NCBI GenBank assembly: GCA_041662245.1
Contig: JBAZSW010000001.1
Coordinates: 11,714-75,713 of the forward strand
Reading direction: 5' to 3'
DNA from: Parcubacteria group bacterium
Lineage (GTDB): Bacteria; Patescibacteriota; Minisyncoccia; Moranbacterales; UBA9337
DNA length: 64,000 nt
Shown: positions 47,921-58,050 of the stretch, piece after piece
Numbering within the stretch: the stretch's first letter is position 1
Layout: every line of letters starts with the position of its first letter
Program-made: the position numbers and the translations under genes
The notes under the pieces: generated by a model
Told to the model about the DNA's origin: nothing
Database searches by the model: none
What the model saw: the letters and a program-made list of their open reading frames with translations, nothing else

Positions 47921-49189
47921 ATGAATTACAAAAAAACAATTTTAGATAATGGACTGAGGATAATCACTGCGCCTATGAAAGACACTCAGACAGCCACGGT
48001 AATGATAATGGTTGGAGTAGGATCAAGATATGAGGAGAATTATGAGAGAGGGCTTTCTCATTTTATTGAACATATGATGTTTAAGGGAACTCAAAAAAGA
48101 CCTAATACTCAGGTTATCGCCAATGAATTGGATGCTATTGGGGGAGAATTTAATGCCTTTACAGGGAAAACCGGCACGGCTTATTATGCTAAAAGTGACG
48201 CTAAACACCTAGCTACAACTCTAGATGTAATATCGGATATGTATCTTAATTCAAAATTTGAATCTAGGGAAATAAATAAGGAAAGAGGAACAATCCTTCA
48301 GGAATTGAATATGTATGAAGACATGCCGATGCGGAGCGTGGAGGATGTCTTTGAAGGACTTCTGTATGGAGATCAAAAATTGGGTAGAGAAATTATTGGG
48401 ACCAAAGAAACTATTCAAAACGTAAAGAGAGATAATTTTATTAAATATCGAGAAAGGTTTTATTTGGCTAATGACACTGTGATTTGTGTGGCAGGGAAGA
48501 TTGATGAAGACAAGGTTATTGAAAAAATAAAAAAATATTTTTCTCAGATGAATCGAGGAATAAAACCAGAATTTGAAAAAGTTATCGAAAAACAAGTGGG
48601 CTCACAAATAAAAATAAAGAACAAAAAAACCGATCAAACTCATTTGGTTTTGGGGGTACGGGCTTATGATGATGATCACAAGGATAAGTATGTTTTAAAT
48701 CTGCTTTCTATAATTCTAGGAGGAAATATGAGTAGCCGACTTTTCATCAATGTTAGAGAGAAACAAGGATTATCTTATTATATCCATACTGACAGTGAGG
48801 CTTATCAGGACGCGGGTTATCTAGCGACGTTTGCAGGAGTGGAGCATAAAAACTTAATCAAAACAATAAAAACAATTTTAAAGGAGTATCGTAAAATATC
48901 TTCCAAGAAGGTTTCTGAAGTTGAGCTAAAAAAGGCCAAGGATTTCATTAAAGGAAAATCGGTGATGGGTTTGGAGTCATCTAACTCAGTGGCTTCTTTC
49001 TTAGTGGGGCAAGAAGTAATTAAAAATAAAATATTAACTCCCAAAGATATTTTTAAAAAAATTGACGAAGTGACCGCAGCCGATATTTTGAGGGTGGCAA
49101 AAGATATTTTTGTTAATGATAAATTGAACTTGGCGGTAACTGGTCCGCATAAAAAGTCTAAAGAATTAGAAGAAATGTTAAAATTTTAG
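47921..49189 (+). CDS. M16-family (pitrilysin/insulinase-like) zinc peptidase.
   Basis: Start moved to MNYKKTILDNGLRIIT. GLSHFIEHMMFKGT inverted zinc motif (HxxEH). Confidence 0.8.
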   Translation: MNYKKTILDNGLRIITAPMKDTQTATVMIMVGVGSRYEENYERGLSHFIEHMMFKGTQKRPNTQVIANELDAIGGEFNAFTGKTGTAYYAKSDAKHLATTLDVISDMYLNSKFESREINKERGTILQELNMYEDMPMRSVEDVFEGLLYGDQKLGREIIGTKETIQNVKRDNFIKYRERFYLANDTVICVAGKIDEDKVIEKIKKYFSQMNRGIKPEFEKVIEKQVGSQIKIKNKKTDQTHLVLGVRAYDDDHKDKYVLNLLSIILGGNMSSRLFINVREKQGLSYYIHTDSEAYQDAGYLATFAGVEHKNLIKTIKTILKEYRKISSKKVSEVELKKAKDFIKGKSVMGLESSNSVASFLVGQEVIKNKILTPKDIFKKIDEVTAADILRVAKDIFVNDKLNLAVTGPHKKSKELEEMLKF

Positions 49190-49246
49190 GCAAGGATTGA
49201 ATCAATTTTCAAATAGGAGGTAATCTCATAAAAACTATTCAAAAAT

Positions 49247-50266
49247 ATGGAAAATAAATTATGGGGATCATCGACGGAAATAATTTTTAAGATTATGGCT
49301 ATTGCCTTAGGGTTGTGGTTTCTTTATCTTATTAGGGACGTTTTAGTATTATTTTTTGTGGCTATTATCGTAATGGCAGCCATTGACCCTTTGGTAAGTT
49401 GGTTTAAACTAAAGATAAAAATTCCTCGAATTATGGGGGTTTTGATAATTTATCTTTTTTTAATTTCAATTTTAGTAGCGATTATTTCTTTTATTATCCC
49501 AGCCTTATCAGGTCAATTTAGAGATTTTTTAATAGCCCTACCTAGCTATTTTCAAAAAGTTGATTATTTTCTAAGAGGCGTTTCTCTTTATGGACAATCT
49601 TATGGATTCGATTTAAATCTAGGAAAAATAAGCGAAAATTTTGGAGAAAGTTCTTTCAATATTTTTTCTACCACAGTAGGTTTTTTTAGTGGTTTGATTT
49701 CTTTTGTGGTGGTTTTTTCGATGGCTTTTTATATGTCTATTCATGAAGATGGAATGGAAAATTTTTTAGATTCAGTAACGCCCGAAAGATACAAATTAAC
49801 AGTAATAAAAATTGCCAAGAGAATAAAGAATAGAATCGGGCGTTGGATGAGCGGACAATTAGTATTGATGTTAACTATTTTCTTGCTGGACTATGCTATC
49901 CTTTATTTCTTGGGAGTTCCTTATGCTTTATTTATAGCGATGATTAGCGGATTTTTGGAAATCATTCCTTATATTGGACCAACTATTGCTGTTTCTTTAG
50001 CGACTCTGATTACTGTATTAGTTTCTCCTGTTAAAGCTATTTTTGTTTTAGTTTTCTATGTTATCGTGCATCAAATTGAAAGTAATATCATTTTTCCTCA
50101 GATAATGAAAAAAGCCGTAGGGCTAAATCCTTTGGCAGTAATACTCTCAATGTTAATTGGTTTAAAGTTGGCAGGGGTAGCAGGAGCAATTTTAGCGGTG
50201 CCTGTGGCGACTGCTGTAGGTGTAGTAGCCAAGGAGCTAATGAAAAAAAATAATGTTAAAATTTAG
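49247..50266 (+). CDS. AI-2E family transporter (PerM/UPF0118).
   Basis: Eight TM helices with the GFLEIIPYIGPTIA motif. Confidence 0.7.
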   Translation: MENKLWGSSTEIIFKIMAIALGLWFLYLIRDVLVLFFVAIIVMAAIDPLVSWFKLKIKIPRIMGVLIIYLFLISILVAIISFIIPALSGQFRDFLIALPSYFQKVDYFLRGVSLYGQSYGFDLNLGKISENFGESSFNIFSTTVGFFSGLISFVVVFSMAFYMSIHEDGMENFLDSVTPERYKLTVIKIAKRIKNRIGRWMSGQLVLMLTIFLLDYAILYFLGVPYALFIAMISGFLEIIPYIGPTIAVSLATLITVLVSPVKAIFVLVFYVIVHQIESNIIFPQIMKKAVGLNPLAVILSMLIGLKLAGVAGAILAVPVATAVGVVAKELMKKNNVKI

Positions 50267-50287
50267 CTTTTTCTGATTAACTTTTTT

Positions 50288-50989
50288 TTAGAGCCTGTCA
50301 GGATAATCCGAAAATATTCCATCTACCCCGATATCTTTTAGGTGTTGGATTTCCTTTTTTTGGTTTACTGTGTAAACAAAAATTTTTATTTTTTCTTTGT
50401 GAGCCATCGCTACTATTTTTTGATTAACTATTTTTTTGTGGATGTTTATAGAAAAAGAATTTATTTTTTTGGCGAAATGAAGGTGTTTTTTAAAAATAAA
50501 AGGAAATCTTTTTATCCAAAGAGAATATGGTCGCAAGGGGTTGATTAAAAATCCTATTTTTATTTGGGGTAAATATTGGATAAATTTTTCCAGCTCTTTT
50601 TTGCTAAAGGAAGATATTAGAAAATCATTTCGATGCCATTTTTTATTATCTATATAATTTTTTACTATTTTTGCTACGGGTTCAGCAGTATTTTTGCCTT
50701 TTAATTCAATGTTTATTTTGGCTTTTCGATTTATCAAATCGAGAACATTTTCTAAAGTAGGAATTTTTATTTTTTTTAAATCAGCATAATTTTGTTTAAT
50801 AACTTGATCCTTTCTTTTGTTTATCTTTTTAGTGTCTTTATTGTGGATGACGACTACTTCTTTGGACTTGCAAATATGAGCATCAAGTTCTATCATATCA
50901 ACATTGAGTTCCAACGCTTTTTTAAATGATTCTAGCGTATTCTCAGTGGCATATCCTGCAGCGCCACGGTGACCAATTTTATAAAACAT
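50288..50989 (-). CDS. Glycerophosphodiester phosphodiesterase family protein.
   Basis: MFYKIGHRGAAGYATENTLESFKKALELNVDMIELDAHI GDPD N-terminal motif. Confidence 0.75.
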   Translation of the reverse strand: MFYKIGHRGAAGYATENTLESFKKALELNVDMIELDAHICKSKEVVVIHNKDTKKINKRKDQVIKQNYADLKKIKIPTLENVLDLINRKAKINIELKGKNTAEPVAKIVKNYIDNKKWHRNDFLISSFSKKELEKFIQYLPQIKIGFLINPLRPYSLWIKRFPFIFKKHLHFAKKINSFSINIHKKIVNQKIVAMAHKEKIKIFVYTVNQKKEIQHLKDIGVDGIFSDYPDRL

Positions 50990-51022
50990 ATCTTATAGTA
51001 TATAAATAATAAATTTAATAAT

Positions 51023-51700
51023 ATGAAAACTTTGATAAAAAGTACCTTGTATATTGTAGCTACTCCTATTGGAAATTTAGAAGATATCACTTTGCGAGCC
51101 TTAGAAGTGCTAAAAAATGTCAATTTAATTATTTGCGAAGACACTCGGGTTACAATAAAACTTTTAGATAGATATGAAATCAAAACACCCAGCTTATCTT
51201 ATCATCAACATAGTAAAATTAAAAGGATTAATGAGATTGTAGAAAGATTAAAAAAAGAGGAGAGTATCGCTTTAGTAACAGATGCGGGTACCCCCGGGAT
51301 AAGTGATCCTGGAAATATTTTAGTAGCTGAAGCAATAAAAAATAATATTATGGTGAGTCCTATCCCTGGAGCTTCTGCTATTGGAGCGCTGATTAGTGTG
51401 GCTGGAATAGACATGCAAAAATTTACTTTTTTAGGTTTTCCTCCTCATAAAAAGGGACGTCAAACTTTTTTTAAAGAGGCTTTAGCTCAGAAATATCCAG
51501 TTATTTATTATGATTCTCCGCATCGACTTTTAAAAAATTTAGAATTATTAAAAGAATTAGGATATGTTAAAAATATTATTGTAGGGAGGGAGTTAACTAA
51601 AATGTTTGAAGAAATAATACGAGGAAGTGTCGATGAAATAATCGAATATTTTAATCGCAAAGAAAAAATTAAGGGGGAGTTGGTAGTGATTTTGGGATAA
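51023..51700 (+). CDS. rsmI: 16S rRNA (cytidine1402-2'-O)-methyltransferase.
   Basis: LYIVATPIGNLEDITLRALEVLKNVNLIICEDTRVT tetrapyrrole-methylase fold, RsmI signature. Confidence 0.8.
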   Translation: MKTLIKSTLYIVATPIGNLEDITLRALEVLKNVNLIICEDTRVTIKLLDRYEIKTPSLSYHQHSKIKRINEIVERLKKEESIALVTDAGTPGISDPGNILVAEAIKNNIMVSPIPGASAIGALISVAGIDMQKFTFLGFPPHKKGRQTFFKEALAQKYPVIYYDSPHRLLKNLELLKELGYVKNIIVGRELTKMFEEIIRGSVDEIIEYFNRKEKIKGELVVILG

Positions 51701-51826
51701 GTTGCATATTTAGTTGAAGATGGTATATTTTATTTGTTTGAAATTTATATAAGAATCAGTTATTTAAAACGAATCATTTTAAAAATTAAATGAGTTTTGT
51801 CTAAAATAAACATAAGGGAGGTCAGC

Positions 51827-52033
51827 ATGCGCCTGTTCACTGTTGGAGAAAGGTGGGGACCACTTTCGTGTGAATATCCCAACTGTCAAAGAAAAAATGC
51901 TTTCACTATTGTTTTATCTGATGAAGAAAGTAATCTTCTCCCAGAAAAAACAGGTTTAACTGCACTCAGGTTTATTATTAGCAACAGATTTGGATTGGTT
52001 GTTTGTGATGAACACATTAGGTCTGTGACATAG
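51827..52033 (+). CDS. Hypothetical small Cys/His protein, possibly zinc-binding.
   Basis: Start moved to the Met with strong SD (aagggagg). CEYPNC...CDEH. Confidence 0.4.
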   Translation: MRLFTVGERWGPLSCEYPNCQRKNAFTIVLSDEESNLLPEKTGLTALRFIISNRFGLVVCDEHIRSVT

Positions 52034-52150
52034 AACGATTAGAAGGATAGAGAAAATTTTTCTCTATCCTTCTTGTATTTATTAGCTTAACTTAAAACAA
52101 ATAAAAAATCCCGCGATTGGAATTTTTTATTTCTACATAAAAAATGATTT

Positions 52151-52543
52151 TTAATATCTAAAGTTTACTTTAATATCCATTTTTTTCCCTTCAAAAAACT
52201 TTTTGGCGAATTGAGCAGTTTTATAGGGTGGATAAGGTTTGCAACTGAATACATCTAAATAGATAGCATTGGAATTATTGGCAAAATGTCCCGAGATAAG
52301 AGAAGTTTCTATTAACTGAGTCATAGAGAACCCTGATACGCGAGGATCTTCTCCGAAATTTACTACGACAGTTTCACCAAAAGTTTTCATTTCGATTAGC
52401 CCACAGAGTTCTTTTACAAATCGTTTTATTTCTCTCGCACTTCTCAATGTCTGGGGATTACAATGATATAAATCAATACAGGTGCTCATTCCCCAAGGAT
52501 TTTCTTTCTTGTATTTTTGGACTATTTGTTGGTCTTTGGTCAT
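52151..52543 (-). CDS. speH: S-adenosylmethionine decarboxylase proenzyme (SpeH type).
   Basis: FGETVVVNFGE...SLISGHFANNSNAIYLDVFSCK matches the AdoMetDC class 1b ES/HxSxHTxPE...VDVFxCG pattern. Confidence 0.7.
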   Translation of the reverse strand: MTKDQQIVQKYKKENPWGMSTCIDLYHCNPQTLRSAREIKRFVKELCGLIEMKTFGETVVVNFGEDPRVSGFSMTQLIETSLISGHFANNSNAIYLDVFSCKPYPPYKTAQFAKKFFEGKKMDIKVNFRY

Positions 52544-52734
52544 TTTGTGTTTGGTTATTTGAGTTTAAAAAATAAACTCAAATTTTTAAAATAAATGATT
52601 AAACAATCTTATTATAGGAGATGCTTAAAATTATGCAAGAGTCTCAACTTTGTTATTTCTTAAAATGATATTAAGTAGTAATCTTTTATTTATTTGACAT
52701 ATTTTTTATAAAGTATATACTCAAAGCATGAAAA

Positions 52735-52884
52735 TAGTTTATCAATCAAATCCAGCCAATAAAAACAATAACCGTCTTGGGCGGCCTTGTTTCTAATTGC
52801 TTAGAGGAATTGATAAATAAAAGAAACCGGTCGCCTAAAATAAGGCGATTTTGTTTTTTAAGTGAACAACAAAGGAGGCATTAA
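52735..52884 (+). promoter_or_regulatory. Conserved structured leader, copy 1: antiterminator-like GGCGG segment, terminator hairpin TCGCCT/AGGCGA, then T-run and SD.
   Basis: About 75% identical to the leader at 53215-53373. The terminator stem is kept by a G·U wobble in copy 2 (AGGTGA in place of AGGCGA). Confidence 0.55.
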
Positions 52885-53094
52885 ATGGCTTATTATACGG
52901 GAAGTATATGGGGAGTTATTTTAAACGCAGGTGGGGAACCAATTAATTGGGGAGAAATAATCGGTATTGTCGGAGAAGATTTCTTTTTGTTTGAAAGTTT
53001 TGGACAATACCCAAAATCATTGGTTCGTAAATTCAATTCTCCTAGCGATGCCATGCGTGAATTTGAAAAAATATCAGATTCAAAAAGGGCCTAA
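52885..53094 (+). CDS. Small protein (69 aa), member of a tandem paralog pair behind the conserved leader.
   Basis: Strong SD aaaggagg. Shares a W.V..N..GE motif with the 53374 product. Confidence 0.55.
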   Translation: MAYYTGSIWGVILNAGGEPINWGEIIGIVGEDFFLFESFGQYPKSLVRKFNSPSDAMREFEKISDSKRA

Positions 53095-53214
53095 ACTATG
53101 AAGAATAATATAGATTGGCCAATAAGAGGCGAAATGCTAAAAGCATTTCGCCTCAATAATTATTAGTATAAAATTTTTTAAAATTGACATAGTTTTATAA
53201 TGATATACAATGGA

Positions 53215-53373
53215 GATATGAAAAAAGTTTATCAATTAAATCTAAATAATAATAACAATAACCGCCTCGGGCGATTTTGTTTCTAATTATTTCAGATAAA
53301 ATTGATAGATAAAAGAAACCAAGTCGCCTGAAACAAGGTGATTTTTTTGTTCTTAAAAAGTGAGGGAATAATT
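53215..53373 (+). promoter_or_regulatory. Conserved structured leader, copy 2.
   Basis: See copy 1. Terminator TCGCCTgaaacAAGGTGA followed by a T7 run. Confidence 0.55.
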
Positions 53374-53571
53374 ATGCCAAATGAAACAAATGAGAAATGG
53401 TTGGTGGCTTTTAATGAGAATGGAGAAATTGTATTTTGCGGGCCAGCTAATTCGGAAAAAGTGTACGAGATTAGAACGAAGTTTGTTGTAGTCGAATGGG
53501 AGAAAGAACTTGCTGTTGGTTTTAATAATAAAAGGATATCCTCTCCCTCGAGTGCTGGATTGCCATTCTAG
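53374..53571 (+). CDS. Small protein (65 aa), paralog of the 52885 product.
   Basis: SD gagggaa. MPNETNEKWLVAFNENGEIVFCG. Confidence 0.5.
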   Translation: MPNETNEKWLVAFNENGEIVFCGPANSEKVYEIRTKFVVVEWEKELAVGFNNKRISSPSSAGLPF

Positions 53572-53693
53572 AAAAAAGTTCAAAATACCCGAGATGAAAA
53601 AATTTCATCTCGGGTAAAATGTTTTTTTGAGTATAAAAATAAAAAGATAGAACGATTGCATCCTACCTTTTTTAGAGTAACGCTTGAAATTAG

Positions 53694-53921
53694 TTAAGTC
53701 GAGAGATACTTCAGAAGAGTTGAATTTTCTTCAAACGCTTTGTTGCATTTGGTACATTTCTTGTTGAATCTTCCACCAAAAAGTCTTTCGAAGTTCGCAC
53801 TGTTGCATTGAGGACATTTATTCAATTCAATAAATTTCCAATTTTTTTCTGACGGGGAATCTTGGACATTAATTTTTCCTAGATCTTTGATGGGTAACGT
53901 AACAATTAATTTCGCAACCAT
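53694..53921 (-). CDS. Small zinc-ribbon protein.
   Basis: CPQCNS...CTKCNK pairs of CxxC. Confidence 0.45.
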   Translation of the reverse strand: MVAKLIVTLPIKDLGKINVQDSPSEKNWKFIELNKCPQCNSANFERLFGGRFNKKCTKCNKAFEENSTLLKYLST

Positions 53922-53949
53922 ATTAATTACTCCTATTAGATGAAAGATT

Positions 53950-54141
53950 TTAGTTTAGGGATTTTCCGCAATCAGGACAAAATAAATGTTTTCCTTCAAG
54001 CTTGTAACCAAGATGGAGATAAAGACATCTATGGTTTGTCCGTAAATTTGGGTTAACTATTTTTCCGCAACTGGTGCAATGTCTGCTACATGGAAAAGCT
54101 CTGATACAGTCTAAACATTTTTTTGTAGTTTTTTCTTCCAT
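53950..54141 (-). CDS. Small zinc-ribbon protein.
   Basis: CLDC...CTSCGK...CPDCGK. Confidence 0.45.
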   Translation of the reverse strand: MEEKTTKKCLDCIRAFPCSRHCTSCGKIVNPNLRTNHRCLYLHLGYKLEGKHLFCPDCGKSLN

Positions 54142-54264
54142 AAAGAACCTCTCTGTAGTGAGAATGACTTTGGAATAAAATTATTTAATATAGAACTTTT
54201 TATAGTATAATAATAAAAATAAATAAAAAGCAAGCTCTTTAGGCTTGCTCATAAAAGACTTAGA

Positions 54265-54519
54265 CTAGAAAGGCATTTTCAGATCTCCCGATTTCATTTC
54301 TTTTTGCATTTTCTTTTGGACATTTTGCATAGCGCTATTTATGGATTTGAGAATATTTTTTTCTAAGTCGCTAGAAGTACGAGCTTGGTCGCTGATTTGA
54401 ACGCTTAATATTTTCATCGCACCATTAACAGTAACTTTAATTCCTTTGTAATCTTCAGTAGAATTAATGCCATCGAGCATTTTTTTCATCTGGTAAAGTT
54501 GTTTCATTTTGTCTAGCAT
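54265..54519 (-). CDS. ybaB: Nucleoid-associated protein YbaB/EbfC.
   Basis: MLDKMKQLYQMKKMLDGI...GIKVTVNGAMKILSVQI...MQNVQKKMQKEM. Confidence 0.75.
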   Translation of the reverse strand: MLDKMKQLYQMKKMLDGINSTEDYKGIKVTVNGAMKILSVQISDQARTSSDLEKNILKSINSAMQNVQKKMQKEMKSGDLKMPF

Positions 54520-54590
54520 AATGTATATTTTTAAAAATTAAAACATTTTGATTATAGCATTGTTAGCCAATTTTTCAAGGAAAATACCTT

Positions 54591-54660
54591 AGCCATCAGT
54601 CATCAAGTCAAAAGTCATCGGGTTATCGAAATTAAGTGATGGCTGATTGCTGATGACTTA
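54591..54660. repeat. Structured interspersed repeat, family W copy 2, upstream of the ABC-F gene.
   Basis: See 22389-22459. The element has its own inverted-repeat arms. Confidence 0.6.
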
Positions 54661-54817
54661 ATATTTTAAAATTTATAAAATCTATGATTGCTAGTTGCCG
54701 ATCACAAGGCACTGGTTACAAATCAATATTTGCATAAGTTAACTTTTTGTGTTACAATTTGTTCTCGGGTAAAATAATGTGCTATAAAAGATATTAAATT
54801 AATTTTAGAAAAAATAT

Positions 54818-56269
54818 ATGGCTAACGATGATGTTGTAATAAGATTTAGTGACGTTTCTTTTGAATATGAAAATGGAAAGAAAATTTTAGATGAAGCTTC
54901 TTTTGCTCTTAGAAGAGGGATGAAAGTGGCTCTCATGGGACAAAATGGAGCAGGCAAAACCAGTCTTTTTAATTTAATAATGGGGGTTAATAAACCTTCT
55001 AGCGGAAATATTTTTATCAAAGAAGGACAAACCATTGCTTGTTCTCAACAAGTGCTTCCTAGGGAGCAACTTAAACTAAAAATAAGAGAATTTTTTGCTC
55101 TTTATTTTAAGGGGGAAGATTATGAATTGGATAAAAAAATAAAAGAAGTAATGGAAGCAGTTAATGTTGCTTTGCCAATGGATAAGCCCTTAAGCGCTTT
55201 TTCTGGCGGTCAGCAGGCGAGACTCTTGATGGCTTCGGCTTTAATTCAAAATCCAGATATTTTAATGTTGGATGAGCCAACTAATAATTTGGATTATGAT
55301 GGAATTGGACATTTGATGACATTTTTGATGGCTTATGAAAAAACTTGTATCGTAATTTCTCATGATGCGGACTTTCTCAATATGTTTACAGATGGAGTAA
55401 TCTATTTGGATATTTTCAAGCACAAAATTGATCAATTTGTGGGGGATTATTATGTAGTAGTGGAAGAAATTAAGGCTCAGATAGAAAAAGAAATCAGAAA
55501 GAATGCTCAATATGAAAAAAGAATTCGAGACAATAAAGAGAAGATGAATTATTTTGCCAATAAAGGAGGTAAGATGCGTATTATCGCTAAAAAAATGCGC
55601 GATGAAATAGAACAAATGGAAGAGGATAAGGTAGATGTGCGCAGGGAAGATAAAACTATTCGCAAATTTACTATCCCTGCTCAACCGGACGTAGTGGGGA
55701 ATATAATTACGATTACATCTGTGTCAGTAATGAAGAATCATCAACCAATAGAAAAAAAAGTAGAAATAATTTTAAAGAAAAAGGAACATCTTCTTTTGAA
55801 AGGTCCTAATGGAATTGGAAAAACTACTTTATTGGAGAGATTGGCAAAAAATGATACCAAAGGAGCTAGAATCTTGGAAGGAATCAGGGTGGGCTATTAT
55901 CGTCAAGATTTTTCTACTTTAGATTTTGAAGAAACTGTATATAATACTTTGATGAATGCTATGCAAAAACAAGAGGAAGAAAAAATGCGCAGTGTAGCCA
56001 GCGGTTTTCTTATCGGAAATAGTATAATGTATTCTAAAATTGGCAGTCTTTCAGAGGGACAAAAGGGATTAGTAGCTTTTGCGCAGTTAGTCCTTCAGGA
56101 ACCGGGACTTTTAATTTTGGATGAACCAACTAATCATATTAACTTTCGTCATATTCCTATAATTGCCCAAGCACTTAAAAGCTATCAAGGAGCAATGATT
56201 GTCGTAAGCCATGTGGATGAATTTGTCAGTCAAATTGGGATTAATGAAGAACTGGATCTGGCCAAATAA
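54818..56269 (+). CDS. ABC-F family ATPase (tandem ABC domains, no TMD). Translation-factor type.
   Basis: Two Walker A sites (GQNGAGKTSL and GPNGIGKTTL), two LSGGQ-like signatures, and an inter-domain charged linker. Confidence 0.8.
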   Translation: MANDDVVIRFSDVSFEYENGKKILDEASFALRRGMKVALMGQNGAGKTSLFNLIMGVNKPSSGNIFIKEGQTIACSQQVLPREQLKLKIREFFALYFKGEDYELDKKIKEVMEAVNVALPMDKPLSAFSGGQQARLLMASALIQNPDILMLDEPTNNLDYDGIGHLMTFLMAYEKTCIVISHDADFLNMFTDGVIYLDIFKHKIDQFVGDYYVVVEEIKAQIEKEIRKNAQYEKRIRDNKEKMNYFANKGGKMRIIAKKMRDEIEQMEEDKVDVRREDKTIRKFTIPAQPDVVGNIITITSVSVMKNHQPIEKKVEIILKKKEHLLLKGPNGIGKTTLLERLAKNDTKGARILEGIRVGYYRQDFSTLDFEETVYNTLMNAMQKQEEEKMRSVASGFLIGNSIMYSKIGSLSEGQKGLVAFAQLVLQEPGLLILDEPTNHINFRHIPIIAQALKSYQGAMIVVSHVDEFVSQIGINEELDLAK

Positions 56270-56429
56270 TTTTGAATTTCTAATTTTGAATGAATTTTTA
56301 ATTGATTAATGTTTCAATTAAATATTAGCTAGAGGATGAGGCACATTTATAAATCTATATTAAGGCTTTATTTTAAATTATTTAAAAATTCGAAATTTAA
56401 AATTCGAAATTAAACTTGAATAGTGTTTT

Positions 56430-57743
56430 ATGTTAGATAATAAAATAAAATTACAGTTAAAAAAACTTCCCGCCACCCCTGGTATTTACATCTTTAAAAA
56501 TAAAGCTGGAGAGATTATTTATGTGGGCAAAGCAACTAGCTTAAAAAATAGGGTGGGTTCGTATTTCTTAAATAAAAATAGGCAGGAATTTGTGCGACCG
56601 ATTGAGAGAATGATTGTGCAAGTAGGAAAAATAAAAACGATTGAAACTGAAACTGTTTTAGAGGCTTTGATTTTGGAAGCTAATCTTATCAAAAAATATC
56701 AGCCTAAGTATAATGTAGACGGCAAAGATGACAAGTCTTTTGCTTATTTTGTCATTACAAAGGAGGACTTTCCAAGAGTATTAATATTAAGGGAAACTGA
56801 TTTGCAAAAAAGTCATCAGTCATCAGTAACTAGTCATCAGAAAAATAAAAATCAAGAAGTGGATAAAAAAATACAAGCTACTAGTTACAAGCTACTAGCT
56901 ACTAACATATTCGGTCCTTACACTTCTGCTGTCCAGATGCAAATTGCTCTAAAAATTATTCGTAAAATTTTTCCTTTTCATAGTCGAAATGAAAAAAGTG
57001 AGAAGGGATGTCTTGAATTTCAAATTGGACTTTGCCCTGGGCCTTATGATGGAGCAATTTCCAAAATTGATTACCGAAAAAACATAAAAAGTATCAAAAT
57101 GATATTGGCGGGAAAGAAAAAGAATCTTTTAAAATCATTAGAGAGAGAAATGCAAAAGTATTCCCAAGAGGAAAAATTTGAAAAAGCTCAAGAAACAAAA
57201 AATAAAATTTTTGCCCTAAGACATATTCAAGAAATTGCCCTTTTGGGCAGTGAAAATAAACCCAATATCTCGAAAAATTTAAGAATAGAAGCGTATGATA
57301 TTTCTAATATTTCAGGTGAATTTGCAGTGGGTTCAATGGTGGTTTTTGAAGGTGAAAAATCAAACAAATCTCAGTATCGAAAATTTAAAATTAAAACTGT
57401 TATCGGCTCAAATGATACCGCGATGATGCAAGAAGTTCTTTTGCGAAGGCTGAAAAATAATTGGAAATTGCCAAATCTAATAATTCTTGATGGAGGAAGA
57501 GGGCATTTGAATATGGGGATAAAAATCTTAGGAGAAAATGGCTTCAATATTCCTATTGTTGGAGTAGCCAAGGGGGTAGAAAGAAAAAAAATAGAAGTGG
57601 TGGGTGAAGATAATATCAAAAATAAAAAAATAAAAGCTATTCTGGCGGATAAAAAATTATTAAAAAGAATCACTGATGAAGCTCATCGCTTTGCTATTAC
57701 TTATCATAAAAAAATTAGAGATAAGGAGCTGGTGTTTAAATAG
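56430..57743 (+). CDS. uvrC: Excinuclease ABC subunit C. Short form lacking the C-terminal (HhH)2, with a repeat-derived in-frame insertion.
   Basis: GIY-YIG (PGIYIFKNKAGEIIYVGKATSLKNRVGSYF), UVR domain (EKFEKAQETKNKIFALRHIQE) and the endonuclease domain, but it ends at 437 aa. nt 56808-56910 encode KSHQSSVTSHQKNKNQ... from agtcatcag and agctactag repeats. Confidence 0.8.
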   Translation: MLDNKIKLQLKKLPATPGIYIFKNKAGEIIYVGKATSLKNRVGSYFLNKNRQEFVRPIERMIVQVGKIKTIETETVLEALILEANLIKKYQPKYNVDGKDDKSFAYFVITKEDFPRVLILRETDLQKSHQSSVTSHQKNKNQEVDKKIQATSYKLLATNIFGPYTSAVQMQIALKIIRKIFPFHSRNEKSEKGCLEFQIGLCPGPYDGAISKIDYRKNIKSIKMILAGKKKNLLKSLEREMQKYSQEEKFEKAQETKNKIFALRHIQEIALLGSENKPNISKNLRIEAYDISNISGEFAVGSMVVFEGEKSNKSQYRKFKIKTVIGSNDTAMMQEVLLRRLKNNWKLPNLIILDGGRGHLNMGIKILGENGFNIPIVGVAKGVERKKIEVVGEDNIKNKKIKAILADKKLLKRITDEAHRFAITYHKKIRDKELVFK

Positions 57744-57794
57744 AGGCTAAATTTATCTGTTTTGTATATAAAAAACCAGTATTTAAGCCAAAAG

Positions 57795-57826
57795 AAGCCA
57801 TTTTCGTTTGACAAAATGGCTTTTTG
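57795..57826 (+). terminator. Intrinsic terminator: aagccatttt / aaaatggctt stem followed by a T-run.
   Basis: Perfect 10-bp stem with an 8-nt loop after uvrC. Confidence 0.65.
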
Positions 57827-58050
57827 GGTGCACAATGTCGAGTTAGTACATTAAAATGAAAAATTGTAAATTTGTCATAGCAGAAAGGATTCTACTTATA
57901 ATGTTTAGGGTTTCAATTTCCCATTAATGATCCAGTCCCTCTTCAGATATGATGCAAGAATTTTTTCTGCTATGGCAAAATCGCGATAGTGAGACTTAAG
58001 AAAGCAGTAAAAATAATTTTATTTGGCACAAGTGCCAAAAGGAGGAAAAT

